This document shows positions 51,101 to 61,200 of a stretch of DNA of 64,000 nt, in pieces. This DNA comes from Acanthaster planci. Taxonomy: Eukaryota. The notes beneath the pieces are model-generated. The model was given only the letters and a program-made list of their open reading frames with translations, did no database searches and was not told the origin of the DNA. The DNA is taken from NCBI RefSeq assembly GCF_001949145.1, contig NW_019091362.1:1433838-1497837 (forward strand). The letters are read 5' to 3'. The position numbers and the translations under genes were made by a program. How positions within the stretch are numbered: the first letter of the stretch is position 1; every line of letters starts with the position of its first letter.

Positions 51101-53244
51101 CCCAAAGAATTGTATGCACTGTATGCATGATGTTTCGCATGTACGGTAGATTCAGTCGTGTGCACTACGGAGCTCCAGTACTGTTTGATGTCTGAAAGAG
51201 GGCATGCAAGGTTTGGCCTGGCCATCGCGTCATGTCGGTAGAAAAGAAAACAGAAAATCAACACTTGTGCAAGGAGGAAAAACAAGGAAAATCTGGCCTG
51301 TCGATGGAAAAAACAGAAAAGGTAATTTGGCATATTCAACGAAAAAGCAGAAATCTGTTAAAAAGCAGAAATTTCACACCCCTGAATAAATGAGCCCAGG
51401 GTAAAGTGACAAATCCATTTCCAACCTGCTTTGGGGAGGAGCCTCTTGACATCATGGATAAGTTGGGCAAAGAGGAAAAACCAAAACCTTTGAAATAAAA
51501 AACATACTTAAATGTCCATGTAAAAGGCACTCAATCTCTCACCAGGAGTTGCTTGTCTTTCTGTCGTATCATATCCTTCAGCTGGCTCAGCAGCTTGGCC
51601 TGTTCGTTCAGCTGGTCTTGGACATCTGAGGAACTAGCAAAACTGGCGTCAGCTGCAGAGGCGAAGCTGGCATCTCCTGATCCTGAGGCAACCGAGGTGT
51701 CCTTCAAAATAAAAGTTGCACTGTAAATAATTTCTATTTTATATGTATTTTATATTTCTCAGACTTAAAAGAGAGAAACACCTCCCTCGCATGACTTTGG
51801 CAACTTATTTTCAGAGTTACCCTTATCGCTGGTTTTTGGTTTTTAATTTTGCCATGCTGTTGAAATTTTAGGCATCACCATCAAAGACCTTTATGCTTTT
51901 AAAAGAATTCAGAAAGTTGGAACCAAGCCAACAAATAACAGTTGATGCACAAAGAGTATATACTACAGTGTAATAAGCCTTTTCGTGAGTTAAATGTGAA
52001 CACACTCTGGTACACTGAGTTATCTGATTGCACATAAACATAAAAATTTGAATTCCCCAGACTAAAGACACTGTTGCAACTATTTCTGGAATGGACTGGT
52101 TCCTTTGTGCCCTTCTTATCCATTGAAAACAGTGTATCAGTGCAAGGGGTCTCTCACATAACTAAGCAAAAGTTTGCCCTGAATCACGAGGTATAGCAAC
52201 GGCGTCTTCAGTACGGAGAATTCTAATTGTTATGTTCAAGTGAATTTATAGAACTCAGAGAACCAGATTTCATTTAAATCCAACTCTCAAAAGACCAGAG
52301 TTGGAAATTTGGAAGCCTGTTATTGTAGTGGCTCTACACTCCTGGGACCAATATCTTAGTGCTGCTTAAGCACAAAACTTGCTTAAACGGAAAAAACTTT
52401 GCTTAATAAACAAACGTTACCAGTTCAAACTCTATCCGATTGTCATGCTAACCCCAAAACAGCTAAATACAATCCCAGAACAATACACATCACATGGAGT
52501 TTTGGCTGGTTACTTGATTTATCAAGCAAGTTTTTTTCACGCTTAAGCAAATTTTGTGCTTAAGCAGCTCTATGAAATTGGCCCCTGGGTAGGTGGTACG
52601 CACACATTAAATGACTTTCCAACCAATAAGTTATTTTGATGTGCCACACACGTGTGTCAAAGACACGTGTAAATGCACTGTCACCACTATTACCGCATCC
52701 CCTCAGAATAATCACTATATATGTCCCAGTATCTCTCGCAAAAATGTCTGTATTGGGCTCATGGTTGACATCACTAAACTATGCATCTCTTGACCAGGTA
52801 TGATGCTTTGAGGACAGCTGACAGCCAGTGTAATATATTCACAATACTGACAGGACTCCTTGATGTTTCAAATAATTTAAGAGAATGAAATTTTGACAAA
52901 GTACAAAGACAGGAGGGCTGCTCCTGCAACCCTCCCGGCTGTCATTTTGCTTGCATATGACTCATCAATAAAAATAGCGATAGTGATCTCAACGCTTCAT
53001 GAAATGATATTTCTGTTAAGCTTTGGAATGCATTTTCAACTTGTTGACCTCGATGCTAGTCACGTTTGGCTTTTTTTGTAGGCACTGATTGATATGACCA
53101 AACAGAAAAGGCAAGATTTCCCTTGAGAAAGGCCTTCCTTACCCCTTCTGATGTCTCCTCCAGCACGGATTTGTTGACGTTCTCTACCACAGTGTCCAGT
53201 CTGTCCTGCACATTCTGTGCAATGTTGGTTAGTCGCCCCCACAT
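24113..53244 (-). CDS. GOLGB1: Giantin / golgin subfamily B member 1-like tail-anchored coiled-coil protein, complete, ~3283 aa
   Basis: 20 phase-consistent exons: 53244-53143, 51701-51543, 48874-48743, 47847-47467, 46176-45997, 45108-44092, 43645-43528, 43026-42875, 41673-41488, 38961-38811, 37994-37798, 37433-37290, 37108-30876, 30089-29903, 29129-29026, 28794-28737, 26299-26098, 25483-25470, 25096-25071, 24221-24113 (9852 nt). N-terminal MWGRLTNIA, QLKDMIRQKD and KFKLQAKAKITSL match vertebrate giantin (MLSRLSGLA, ELKDIIRQKD, KLKLHAKAKLTSL). C-terminal TMD VMMVYAVALHLFIAYLLF has the Y…H signature of giantin/golgin-84/CASP. Confidence 0.88.
25601..25760 (+). mobile_element. tRNA-derived SINE fragment (V-domain-like body), ending at the adjacent MITE
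   Basis: A-box-like TGGTGCAGCGG, B-box-like GGTTCCGAACC; body similar to 43215-43360. Confidence 0.5.
25765..25984. mobile_element. Harbinger-like MITE, CWG-target family
   Basis: TIR GGCCCAATGTCATCGCGCTGCT…/…CAGCAGTGCTGTGAAATTGGGCC; flanks CTG/CCG; termini shared with 52345-52584. Confidence 0.7.
26401..26518. mobile_element. PIF/Harbinger (Tourist-like) MITE
   Basis: TSD TTA on both sides (26398-26400, 26519-26521); TIR GGCTGTGCCCGAA…/…TTCGGATGCAGCC. Confidence 0.78.
39550..40191. mobile_element. Kolobok-like non-autonomous DNA transposon
   Basis: TTAA|AGGAACCAGGAAAT … ATTTCCTGGATCCT|TTTA: 14-bp TIR with one mismatch, TTAA-type target. Confidence 0.6.
39657..39707. mobile_element. 51-bp piggyBac-like micro-element nested in the Kolobok-like element
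   Basis: TTAA|CCCTAACACTCCTCAATCCT-11 nt-AGGATTGAGGAGGGTTAGGG|TTAA; 20-bp TIR with one mismatch. Confidence 0.65.
41760..41930. mobile_element. Old diverged copy of the 52345-52584 MITE family
   Basis: TTTGGTTGGTAACCTGTTTTGTCAAGTAAACATTTTCCATGCTTAGCCATTTCTGTGCTT aligns by eye with the right arm of 52345-52584. Confidence 0.5.
43215..43360 (+). mobile_element. tRNA-derived SINE fragment (V-domain-like)
   Basis: Degenerate B box GGATCAAATC followed by …CCGGGGTTTTCCTCCCACCTCTAAAA; similar to 25601-25760. Confidence 0.5.
46825..46895 (+). mobile_element. tRNA-like SINE head / tRNA pseudogene
   Basis: A box TGGTGACATGG, B box GTTCGAATC (46877-46885), partial terminal pairing; no convincing full cloverleaf. 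Confidence 0.55.
47138..47415 (+). mobile_element. tRNA-derived SINE with Deu/Nin-like conserved core
   Basis: A box TGGCCTAGTGG, then CTCTCTACCCAGGAGTATAAATGGATA…AACCTACAATGGCCTGGCATCCTATC…GAAACTGGAGATAAAC; related antisense fragments near 14735-14795 and 15625-15650. Confidence 0.7.
48433..48653. mobile_element. PIF/Harbinger-like MITE
   Basis: ~40-bp TIR GGCACCATTTCAAACTTCTTATC…GGACAG / CTGTCC…GATAGGAATTTTGAAATGATGCC; flanks TTA/TCA. Confidence 0.75.
49014..49700. mobile_element. hAT-like element remnant with possible decayed transposase N-terminus
   Basis: Terminus CAGGGGTGTGAGTGG is identical to that of 54477; minus-strand peptide DKTDPQVKNPWKWTYME recalls invertebrate hAT transposase N-termini; right boundary uncertain. 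Confidence 0.35.
50881..50997. mobile_element. Tc1/mariner (Tigger-like) MITE remnant
   Basis: TA|CGGTCGATT … AGTCGACTG|TA. Confidence 0.5.
52345..52584. mobile_element. Fold-back Harbinger-like MITE with ~90-bp inverted arms
   Basis: TSD CTG on both sides (52342-52344, 52585-52587); arms GGACCAATATCTTAGTGCTGCTTAAGCACAAAA… / …TTTTGTGCTTAAGCAGCTCTATGAAATTGGCCC. Confidence 0.82.
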
Positions 53245-54476
53245 GATGGCAACGTTTGTTGGGTCTTCACCTCACTGAGGGGTTAAGATCTACTGGAATG
53301 AAAGACAACATACAATGACCAGATAGAGAGTCGCACCGGGGGTCACAGACACGACAGACGGCAATGACAGGGATAAGAAGAATGAGACATTTGATCATTT
53401 CTTGAAGATTAAATCAATGGAGTGCAACCAATCAAATTTGGACTAATTAGGCTAAATGCCAATTGAAATTTGGACTGCACCGTGGAATTGGATTAACTCT
53501 GTACCCATCTCGAGATTGATGAACAAGTTCAAATAAGAGTGAGCACTTGCTGCAATCTTGCGTGATGTGGGTAAGCAAAAATATCATGAATTTCATTATT
53601 TTAATAAACTAGCCCTAAATGTTGATGTACCTTAAAATCACTTTTCGCCCTTAGTGCCTTATCACAACAATATTTTACCTCAAATTTTCATAAAAATACC
53701 TATATTTTGTGTCAAAATTCTTAATTGTGAGTACTGGCTCCGATGAAACTTTATTTTTTGATTTTCTGTTTTTTTTTCTGAAGTGCAAAATGAACTCTTT
53801 TAAAATGAGTCCAAAATACAAAAAAAAAAAATTAAACAAACTTATGATTAAGGTAACTAGGCCTATAGATAATAATAATTTCTTAGAATTTATTAACTTT
53901 AAATGATTTCTTTAATGATCATGTTGAGATTTTCTGAAATTTTTTCAAGTGCACCATGCTAGTGAACAATCAGCTGAATTCTTGCCAAATTTCTAGACGC
54001 CGCCGTCTTTAGAATCCGATGAAATTTCATGACACTAAAACTGTTCACTCAGGTTCAACAGTATTATGAAGCACATAGTGCCAGCATCTAACCAAATTTG
54101 ACCTTTTTTCAACAAGAGGTGTGGCAACACTGTATGAGGAAAGTCAAGTGAACATTGAAGGTAAACAAACCTTCCCAAGCTCTACTGAGCGGAGTGTGTA
54201 TTTACACTCCACTCAGTAAAGCTATCCTCCCCATTGCCCATATGACATCAAACTACATCCCAAACGTGCTGAATGGACTAGAGATAAAGGCATAGACATT
54301 TGTGAGGGCTAAGACATTTCATACGATAGAGATAGCAAAACTCCAGTTATGTGCTGTGTAACTTAGCTATCTGTAAAGTTAAAACTTTACAGTTCTGGAA
54401 GTAAAAGAAGACACGGTCACGATGGTGGGATTCTGTGTCATTTCATTCCATTTATTATTTTTCAGGGAATATAGGC

Positions 54477-54627
54477 CAGGGGTGTGAGTGGCCACTCAAA
54501 ATTAATGCTGAAAACAGCTGGCAAAAAGCTGAAATGTAGTCCCCATACTTTAGTACACACCAGGTGTACAAAAGCTGATATTCGGGGTCAACATCGAAAC
54601 AAAAAAAGCTGATTTCTCTCACCCCTG
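54477..54627. mobile_element. hAT-like MITE
   Basis: TIR CAGGGGTGTGAG…CTCTCACCCCTG; no clean 8-bp TSD. Confidence 0.6.
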
Positions 54628-54921
54628 ATAGTGATAGACACAGGGTACAAAGCCAAATAAACAACAAATTTAAACAACATAAAAGTAAACTCAATTGCTG
54701 TCAGTGTCGAGAGGGCCTCCTAAAATGTCAACAAATACAAGAATAAATCACATCCACTCACTGTAGAGAGATTTATACCTAGTATCTACTACCTCCCTTG
54801 CCAGTAGATTTAACAATGATTTGACTTTCCAGCCGATGTTTTCATCAGCATCAAGATTATCATTTAGTAGGCCTACTTGACAATTTGATGGCAAAAGTAT
54901 GGTGGCCCTGGAAGTGCATTG

Positions 54922-55114
54922 CCAATCGTCAATATTGACGTCAATATTTGTGACCAAATTCACAACTCGCTCTCTGGTCGAGAAATATTGCCGTCAATAT
55001 TCGCAACTGAAGAGCAAGTCGTGAATTTGGTCACAAATAATGACGTCAATATTCGCAACTGAAGAGCAAGTCGTGAATTTGGTCACAAATATTGACGTCA
55101 ATATTGATGACTGG
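54922..55114. mobile_element. Fold-back element with ~50-bp TIR and internal 52-bp tandem duplication
   Basis: Left CCAATCGTCAATATTGACGTCAATATTTGTGACCAAATTCAC is the near reverse complement of the right end; GTCAATATTCGCAACTGAAGAGCAAGTCGTGAATTTGGTCACAAAT occurs twice. Confidence 0.75.
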
Positions 55115-55210
55115 TGATATGCTAGACAAAAAGTCTCATTTGTGCACAGGGCGTCAGGGGCATCAAATGTTGTCCGTAGGCTGTAAACTACACAAATCAT
55201 TTAAAATTAC

Positions 55211-55630
55211 CTAGCGGTAGCTAACACCACAATGTCCCTCCTGAAAATAACTGGACCAGCTTGTTAATTTCTTTATAAACCAGGCCAACCATGGAGGTAG
55301 AATACATAGCCTATGGCCTGCCAGTAATGTCATGAATGTTAACGTTAACCAGTCCACGTAGGCCCGCTGTACAACTAGATTAGACTCGACTGTACTGCAC
55401 TGTCTGACTGGACTGTGTGATGTCACATTTTAGTCTGGTCCTCGACACTGCGGAACCTTGCTGCAGAACGACTACCTATCTCTTTGCAAGAAAACGAGTC
55501 CGGAAACAGACATATATCTCCTAGAGGGCGCTCGTTGAAAAGACTGTTACTTTGCTTTGGACGCGTCATACGGTACCTGTACACCCTGGATAACACAAAA
55601 GTAGCACCGCCCCGCCACGTACCGGAACAA
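55211..55630 (-). promoter_or_regulatory. Putative GOLGB1 non-coding exon 1 and promoter
   Basis: Minus-strand donor AG|GTAATT at 55211/55210 that could pair with the acceptor before 53292; CpG-enriched; AGAGGGCGC at 55523, GC box CCGCCCC near 55607, GCCACGT at 55614-55620. Confidence 0.42.
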
Positions 55631-57819
55631 GAGTGGTAACAAGATGTTCTCAGGAAATTCAAGATTCTTCTCTTGTAACTTGCACCAGAGTTAGCCATCT
55701 CAATTTTCAAAATTCTTCATTCCCTAGACCTTGAAGTAATTGACAGTCTTTGAACCCACGTCTGAATGTAACCCCCTATCACTCCACCGCCTCTTTACAA
55801 AGTTGATATCAGGTGAAACCTGATTGTTCATGTGCTTTCATTTCCCCTAGGAAAAATGCGGGCCCCTTGGTAGCCCCTAAAAATTTCACCCTTCTTTTTA
55901 GTGTGATGAGCTACATCTCATTGTGGGATCTTTTATTGAAATGATAGAAGCGACCGCAGACAACAATAAATCCACTCAAAGCAAGCAAACGAACAAAAAG
56001 GAAAGATGCAACTTCTTGTGACGCACATTACAGTGGCGTATGTATAGCTTATTCCCTCCCACATCTTTCAGAAGTCCAGTATTTCAGTTCAGCTGTGCCT
56101 TTACCACAGAGGTGCACCCAACCGAGGGTTGTATATCTTCATATCTGTGATATACATGTAGCCGAATATTACATTACCCTGTACCTTAGCCGGCCTGGGT
56201 TGAGCATAAAGAGCTATTTTGGCGGGAAATTCGGAAATTCCGGTCCAAGCCCATCCGCTCCCCAGCCCCTGTGGTAAAATTTCTGAAGGAGGCAGCTTGA
56301 AGTTGAGGTGGACACCTTTTTTTAAGGCGATGACAAAGTAACAGTGGCTTGTGGCGCACATATTTCACATTTCAATCGTGGGAAGGAACAGGGGGCATGG
56401 GCTTCCTTTAGCGCACGTGCCCCATGTACACCCCTCTTCCAAATCATCACAGGGCTCTATCACCACTGCAGACGAACCACTACCATGGAAAGCTTTGAAG
56501 TCAGAAAAGACCCAAATAAATATAGCGCCCTCTGTCATGTCTGTAGTTTGCGTTAAACTATTGATCAGGCTAAAAGGAGGAGTATGTTTAATACCCACAG
56601 ATCATACATATATATAGAGTTGGTTATCATTATTATCCAACTGTATGCCACAGACAAATAAACACATAATAGACCGCCAGGTCCTATTCAAAACTAAAGG
56701 GGTTTTTCGTGATCTCCGCGGCGCCCGACTAAATCAAAACCATGGGCAAACTCCAGCAAAAAAAGTTTATGCATTTTTCGATTGTAAGAAATCCTCTATT
56801 TACTTAATCTGGCCATAGGCCTTATGGATTCGAAACAATGCGGTTGCAACATCTGAAAAGAAGAGTTAGCCGTACCAAAAGGCAAAAAAGTGAACGTATT
56901 TTTGGAGCACATGCAAACAAATACAGGCAATGTAAGACCGTTGCGTGTAATGCGCATTGGACGCGTTGCCATCCGTCGCTTCGCCCATTGTTTGGCCATA
57001 CTTTTCAAAATCACGGTTTTACGCGCAAGACCAGCGGTCTGTGCGTTTATGTTTCTGTGGATACACCCCATCCCAGTCATGCCACTGCAATCCTGCAGTT
57101 AATCTAATGACATGCAGTAAGGAGATATTTTTATCTAAAGACAATCCCCTTACAGTCCGAATGTTTGTCTTGAAGTACGAGACCACCATTGCCAAACAAA
57201 ACACTTTTCTCTGTTTAATTAAAATTTCGCCGAACACAAGCGGAGAATCTTTCAGTTTTCCACCTTCCTTAATGCAAAACACTGAATTCACAGGTTACAA
57301 AAACCATTCGTGATTTGGTCCGCGTGTAGGATCGATAATGGACTTTCCGCTCCGAGTTGAAGTGCACCCCCAAGCGGCAAAACAAAGACAGCTGGTTGTA
57401 AGTTTTCCAAGCGGGTTCTTACATGCGTTCTGCGAGTAGGCCTACGCAAAAGAGACCGTACATTTTATTGAATAAAATTCGTTACGCGTACTCAGCGTTC
57501 TCCGTGTCAAACGCGCAATTGATATCCGTTATAAACGCGCGCCTGTGCGGTAAATAAAAAAAACACCCCCACGAAGTAACTAATCAAAATTATGTTAGTG
57601 AAATTTTTAAGATTAAGACCTACCCTAGTACCGAAACGTATTTCCACGTACCTCCTTGAAAGAAATATTTTCGCTGTGGCGGCGGTCGATTGAATAAGAG
57701 CTGGACTGCTTCGTAAGAGCGCGCCAAAGCGTGCGTCCGCGCCCAACTAAATAACAATGAAATTCTTTGTTTTGGTTTGGAATCATTCCGTCGTATTCCT
57801 TGAACGGCACACGTCCGGG

Positions 57820-58224
57820 NNNNNNNNNNNNNNNNNNNNNNNNNNNNNNNNNNNNNNNNNNNNNNNNNNNNNNNNNNNNNNNNNNNNNNNNNNNNNNNNN
57901 NNNNNNNNNNNNNNNNNNNNNNNNNNNNNNNNNNNNNNNNNNNNNNNNNNNNNNNNNNNNNNNNNNNNNNNNNNNNNNNNNNNNNNNNNNNNNNNNNNNN
58001 NNNNNNNNNNNNNNNNNNNNNNNNNNNNNNNNNNNNNNNNNNNNNNNNNNNNNNNNNNNNNNNNNNNNNNNNNNNNNNNNNNNNNNNNNNNNNNNNNNNN
58101 NNNNNNNNNNNNNNNNNNNNNNNNNNNNNNNNNNNNNNNNNNNNNNNNNNNNNNNNNNNNNNNNNNNNNNNNNNNNNNNNNNNNNNNNNNNNNNNNNNNN
58201 NNNNNNNNNNNNNNNNNNNNNNNN
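57820..58224. other. Assembly gap (405 N)
   Basis: Run of N characters. Confidence 1.
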
Positions 58225-61200
58225 GTTTTCAGAATGTTGTTCCTGTACGTCAAATAAAATAATAATAAAGAAGCAACCATTAGAAGATTTCGGCTTTTAT
58301 CGTAGTGATGTGGAGTTGCGCTTCTTGTCTGTACCAAAGTTCTGAAGGTTTGAGGTTCCAGTGAGAGTCGACTTAGCAGACTGCCAGTATTGTGGAACTA
58401 CCTTGTAGTTGGTGAACTTGAAGACGGCAACATGAGTTCAAGAGACGACGCTGGGGACTGAGGGGGCCAAGGAGGCCAAGACACCGCCGGCCGTGAAGAT
58501 GCTCGAGTTGAAGAGCTAAAGATGAAAAGGAAAATTTTGTGGGGCAAGATCACACGTGGTGTGAACCGCATCTACAACTGCATGGAAGAACGCAGACTCA
58601 CCAAATTTCGGGCCGACAAGGAATTGGCTATTCTACAGACAGAATTTACGGATGCCCGTGACATTAATGTCGAGATGTTCGTGCTGCCTGGAGCGGACTG
58701 CGAGAAATTAAAAAGATGGGAGACTGAGCTGATCGAGAGCTTTTACGACTTCGAAGAGTCTAATGCGATTACTTCGAAGTTCTGGACCTACCCGTCTCCG
58801 GCAAGTCCCTGACCAGACAATGTATGACAACTCAACAGCAGCCTGACCCGCCTCGGATGGCTAAAGAGTCCTACCCCGGAAAGCCTTCTTCAATAGACGA
58901 ACGTCGATCTAATCATCTCCAAAATTCTGACCTGAGACCAACCAGTGAGGTCCCGTCTTCGTGTGACGAAGTATCATCACCACCACCACATTCTCAACCC
59001 GAAGACGATGTCATGCCCTCATCTGAAGCCGCACTAGTGTCCCCAGTTGAAGCCGGTGTGACGCATTCATCTGAAGTAGTTGGGATGCCTGCCCGTCCAT
59101 CGAAAGATCCCTTTGACGCATGGATTGATGACGTGGTTGAATTTCAGGAGACTGTATTTCCTATGAACAATTCAGAAGTGACTGTTGCGGATGCATTATT
59201 TAGATTAGAAGCTGAAACACTGAACAAGTTTGATGGTGATCCACTGGGGTATGTAGATTTTGTTGATTCTTTCAAGATCCATTTCCATGACAAGCGTCAC
59301 CTCACCGATGACTCGAGAATGATACAACTCAGGATGCATCTCACTGGTGAGGCTGAAAGGGCAATTAAGGGTCTGGGTTCTAGTGGCAAAATGTACCACT
59401 CCGCCTTAAAGATGTTGAAAGAGCAGTTTGGGTGTAGAAGTATAGTTGCCAGAAAGTGCATCGATAAGCTCATTAAGAGACCAAAAATTGGAAACCATGA
59501 CCCATAGATCTCTACGCGATTTGTCACTTGACGTTGTGAATTGTCTTGCACGCTAAACCGTATCAATTTTCTTGCAGACGTTAATGTGCCAAATAGTTAA
59601 ACGCTTACCAGACTACATGATTGTGAAATGGAAAGGTGTTGCGTCGCAAATTCGGGAGCGAGAGCAGTTACCCAACATCGCTCATATTGGTGAATTTTTT
59701 AAGAAACAGGTCAAGGCAGATTTTGACCCCGATTTCGGAGATCTTACATGTGACAAAGCAGATGACAGGGTGTCACAAAATCGTCCGAAATCAAAGGGTG
59801 TCCATGCTGTCAGCGAGAAGAAACCCCCAGAGAGAAGGCCTATCAAGTGTTACATCTGCAAATCCCCTCACAGAGTGACGGACTGTCCTGCCTTTCAGGA
59901 TTCTTCCCCCACACATCGTTTCAAGATTGTGAAGGAACACCGCCTCTGCTTTTCCTGTCTCAACCAAGGCCACAAGGGTGAAGAGTGCAAGTTCAAGAAA
60001 AAATGCAGCAAGAACGGTTGCTCCAGAATGCACCATCCTTTGATCCATTTCGATCCCCCATCCAGCGGTGCAGTTTCCACCTTAGAAAAAGATGGGATTG
60101 TACCAGCTGTTTGCGTGTTTTCATAGCTGAGACTGGGAGAGTCAGGGAAGGTAATGTTCTCGTTGATAGTGGCGCGGCGACCACCATCATTCGCAGAGAC
60201 TTTGGTAAGGCCCTAGGCCTGCAAGGTCAAAGAGAACCATTGGAAATTTCAGTGGTTGGAGGCTGTCGCTTGAGGCAGAATTTTAGTCGCTGGGTGAGGT
60301 TCTGGATTTCACCTATATCCAGTGGGGAAGATTATGAAATAGAGGCACATGAGATTGACCGTACTGTCCTTAGCGTCCCTCCTTTAGACCGTCAATGGCT
60401 CTACTCCTTTCCCCATATCTCTGATCTCAATTTTGCTCATCAGGCCGGACCGATTGACCTCATCCATGGAGTTCAGTACAGCCACCTCCATGCTGAAGAA
60501 GAGCTACGACAGGACCTACAGTTTGAGCCAGTTGGAAAGAAGACTCCACTTGGGTGGTTTGTAATTGGTCCAGACAATACGAAGTCTTCTACTTCAAGAG
60601 CGTCTGTTAGCACCGTCATCAAAGATCGTCTGGTTTTTAACCAACTGTACGACCTTGAAACATTGGGTCTAAGAGCGCAAACCTGTTCCTGTCCAGTGAA
60701 CGGCATGTCCAAGGATGACACAAGAACAATGGAGATTTTTGCTAACTCCTGTCACAAGGGGGGAGACTGATATGTGATTGGACTGCCCTGGAAGAAGGAC
60801 CCATCCCTCCTTCCAAACAATCGCCCCCTAGCAGTGAAACGACTGGCGTCTTCAGAACGGAGCTCGTCCAAGAATCCTGACAAAGCTAGCATGTACGACA
60901 AAGCAACCAGGGAGCATATGGATAAGGGTTGGGCCATCCAAGTGTCAGACGAAGCTGCTGAGGGACCTGTCTACTATCTGCCCCATCATGGAATATATCG
61001 ACCAGAGAAGATCAGCACTCCGTTGAGAGTTGTCTTCGATCCCGCCAGCCAATATCAGGCAGTCTCACTGAATTCCTTTCTTTACGAAGGACCAAATCTT
61101 ATCGGAAACCTGTTTCGGGTACTGTTACGTTTTAGAGAGGATTTAGTGGCGATTGTTGGAGATATATCAAAGATATTCCTTCAAGTTTTGTTAAGACCAG

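Noticed and set aside
57757..58345. Long ORFs spanning the N run
   Set aside because: Artefacts of translating through the assembly gap.
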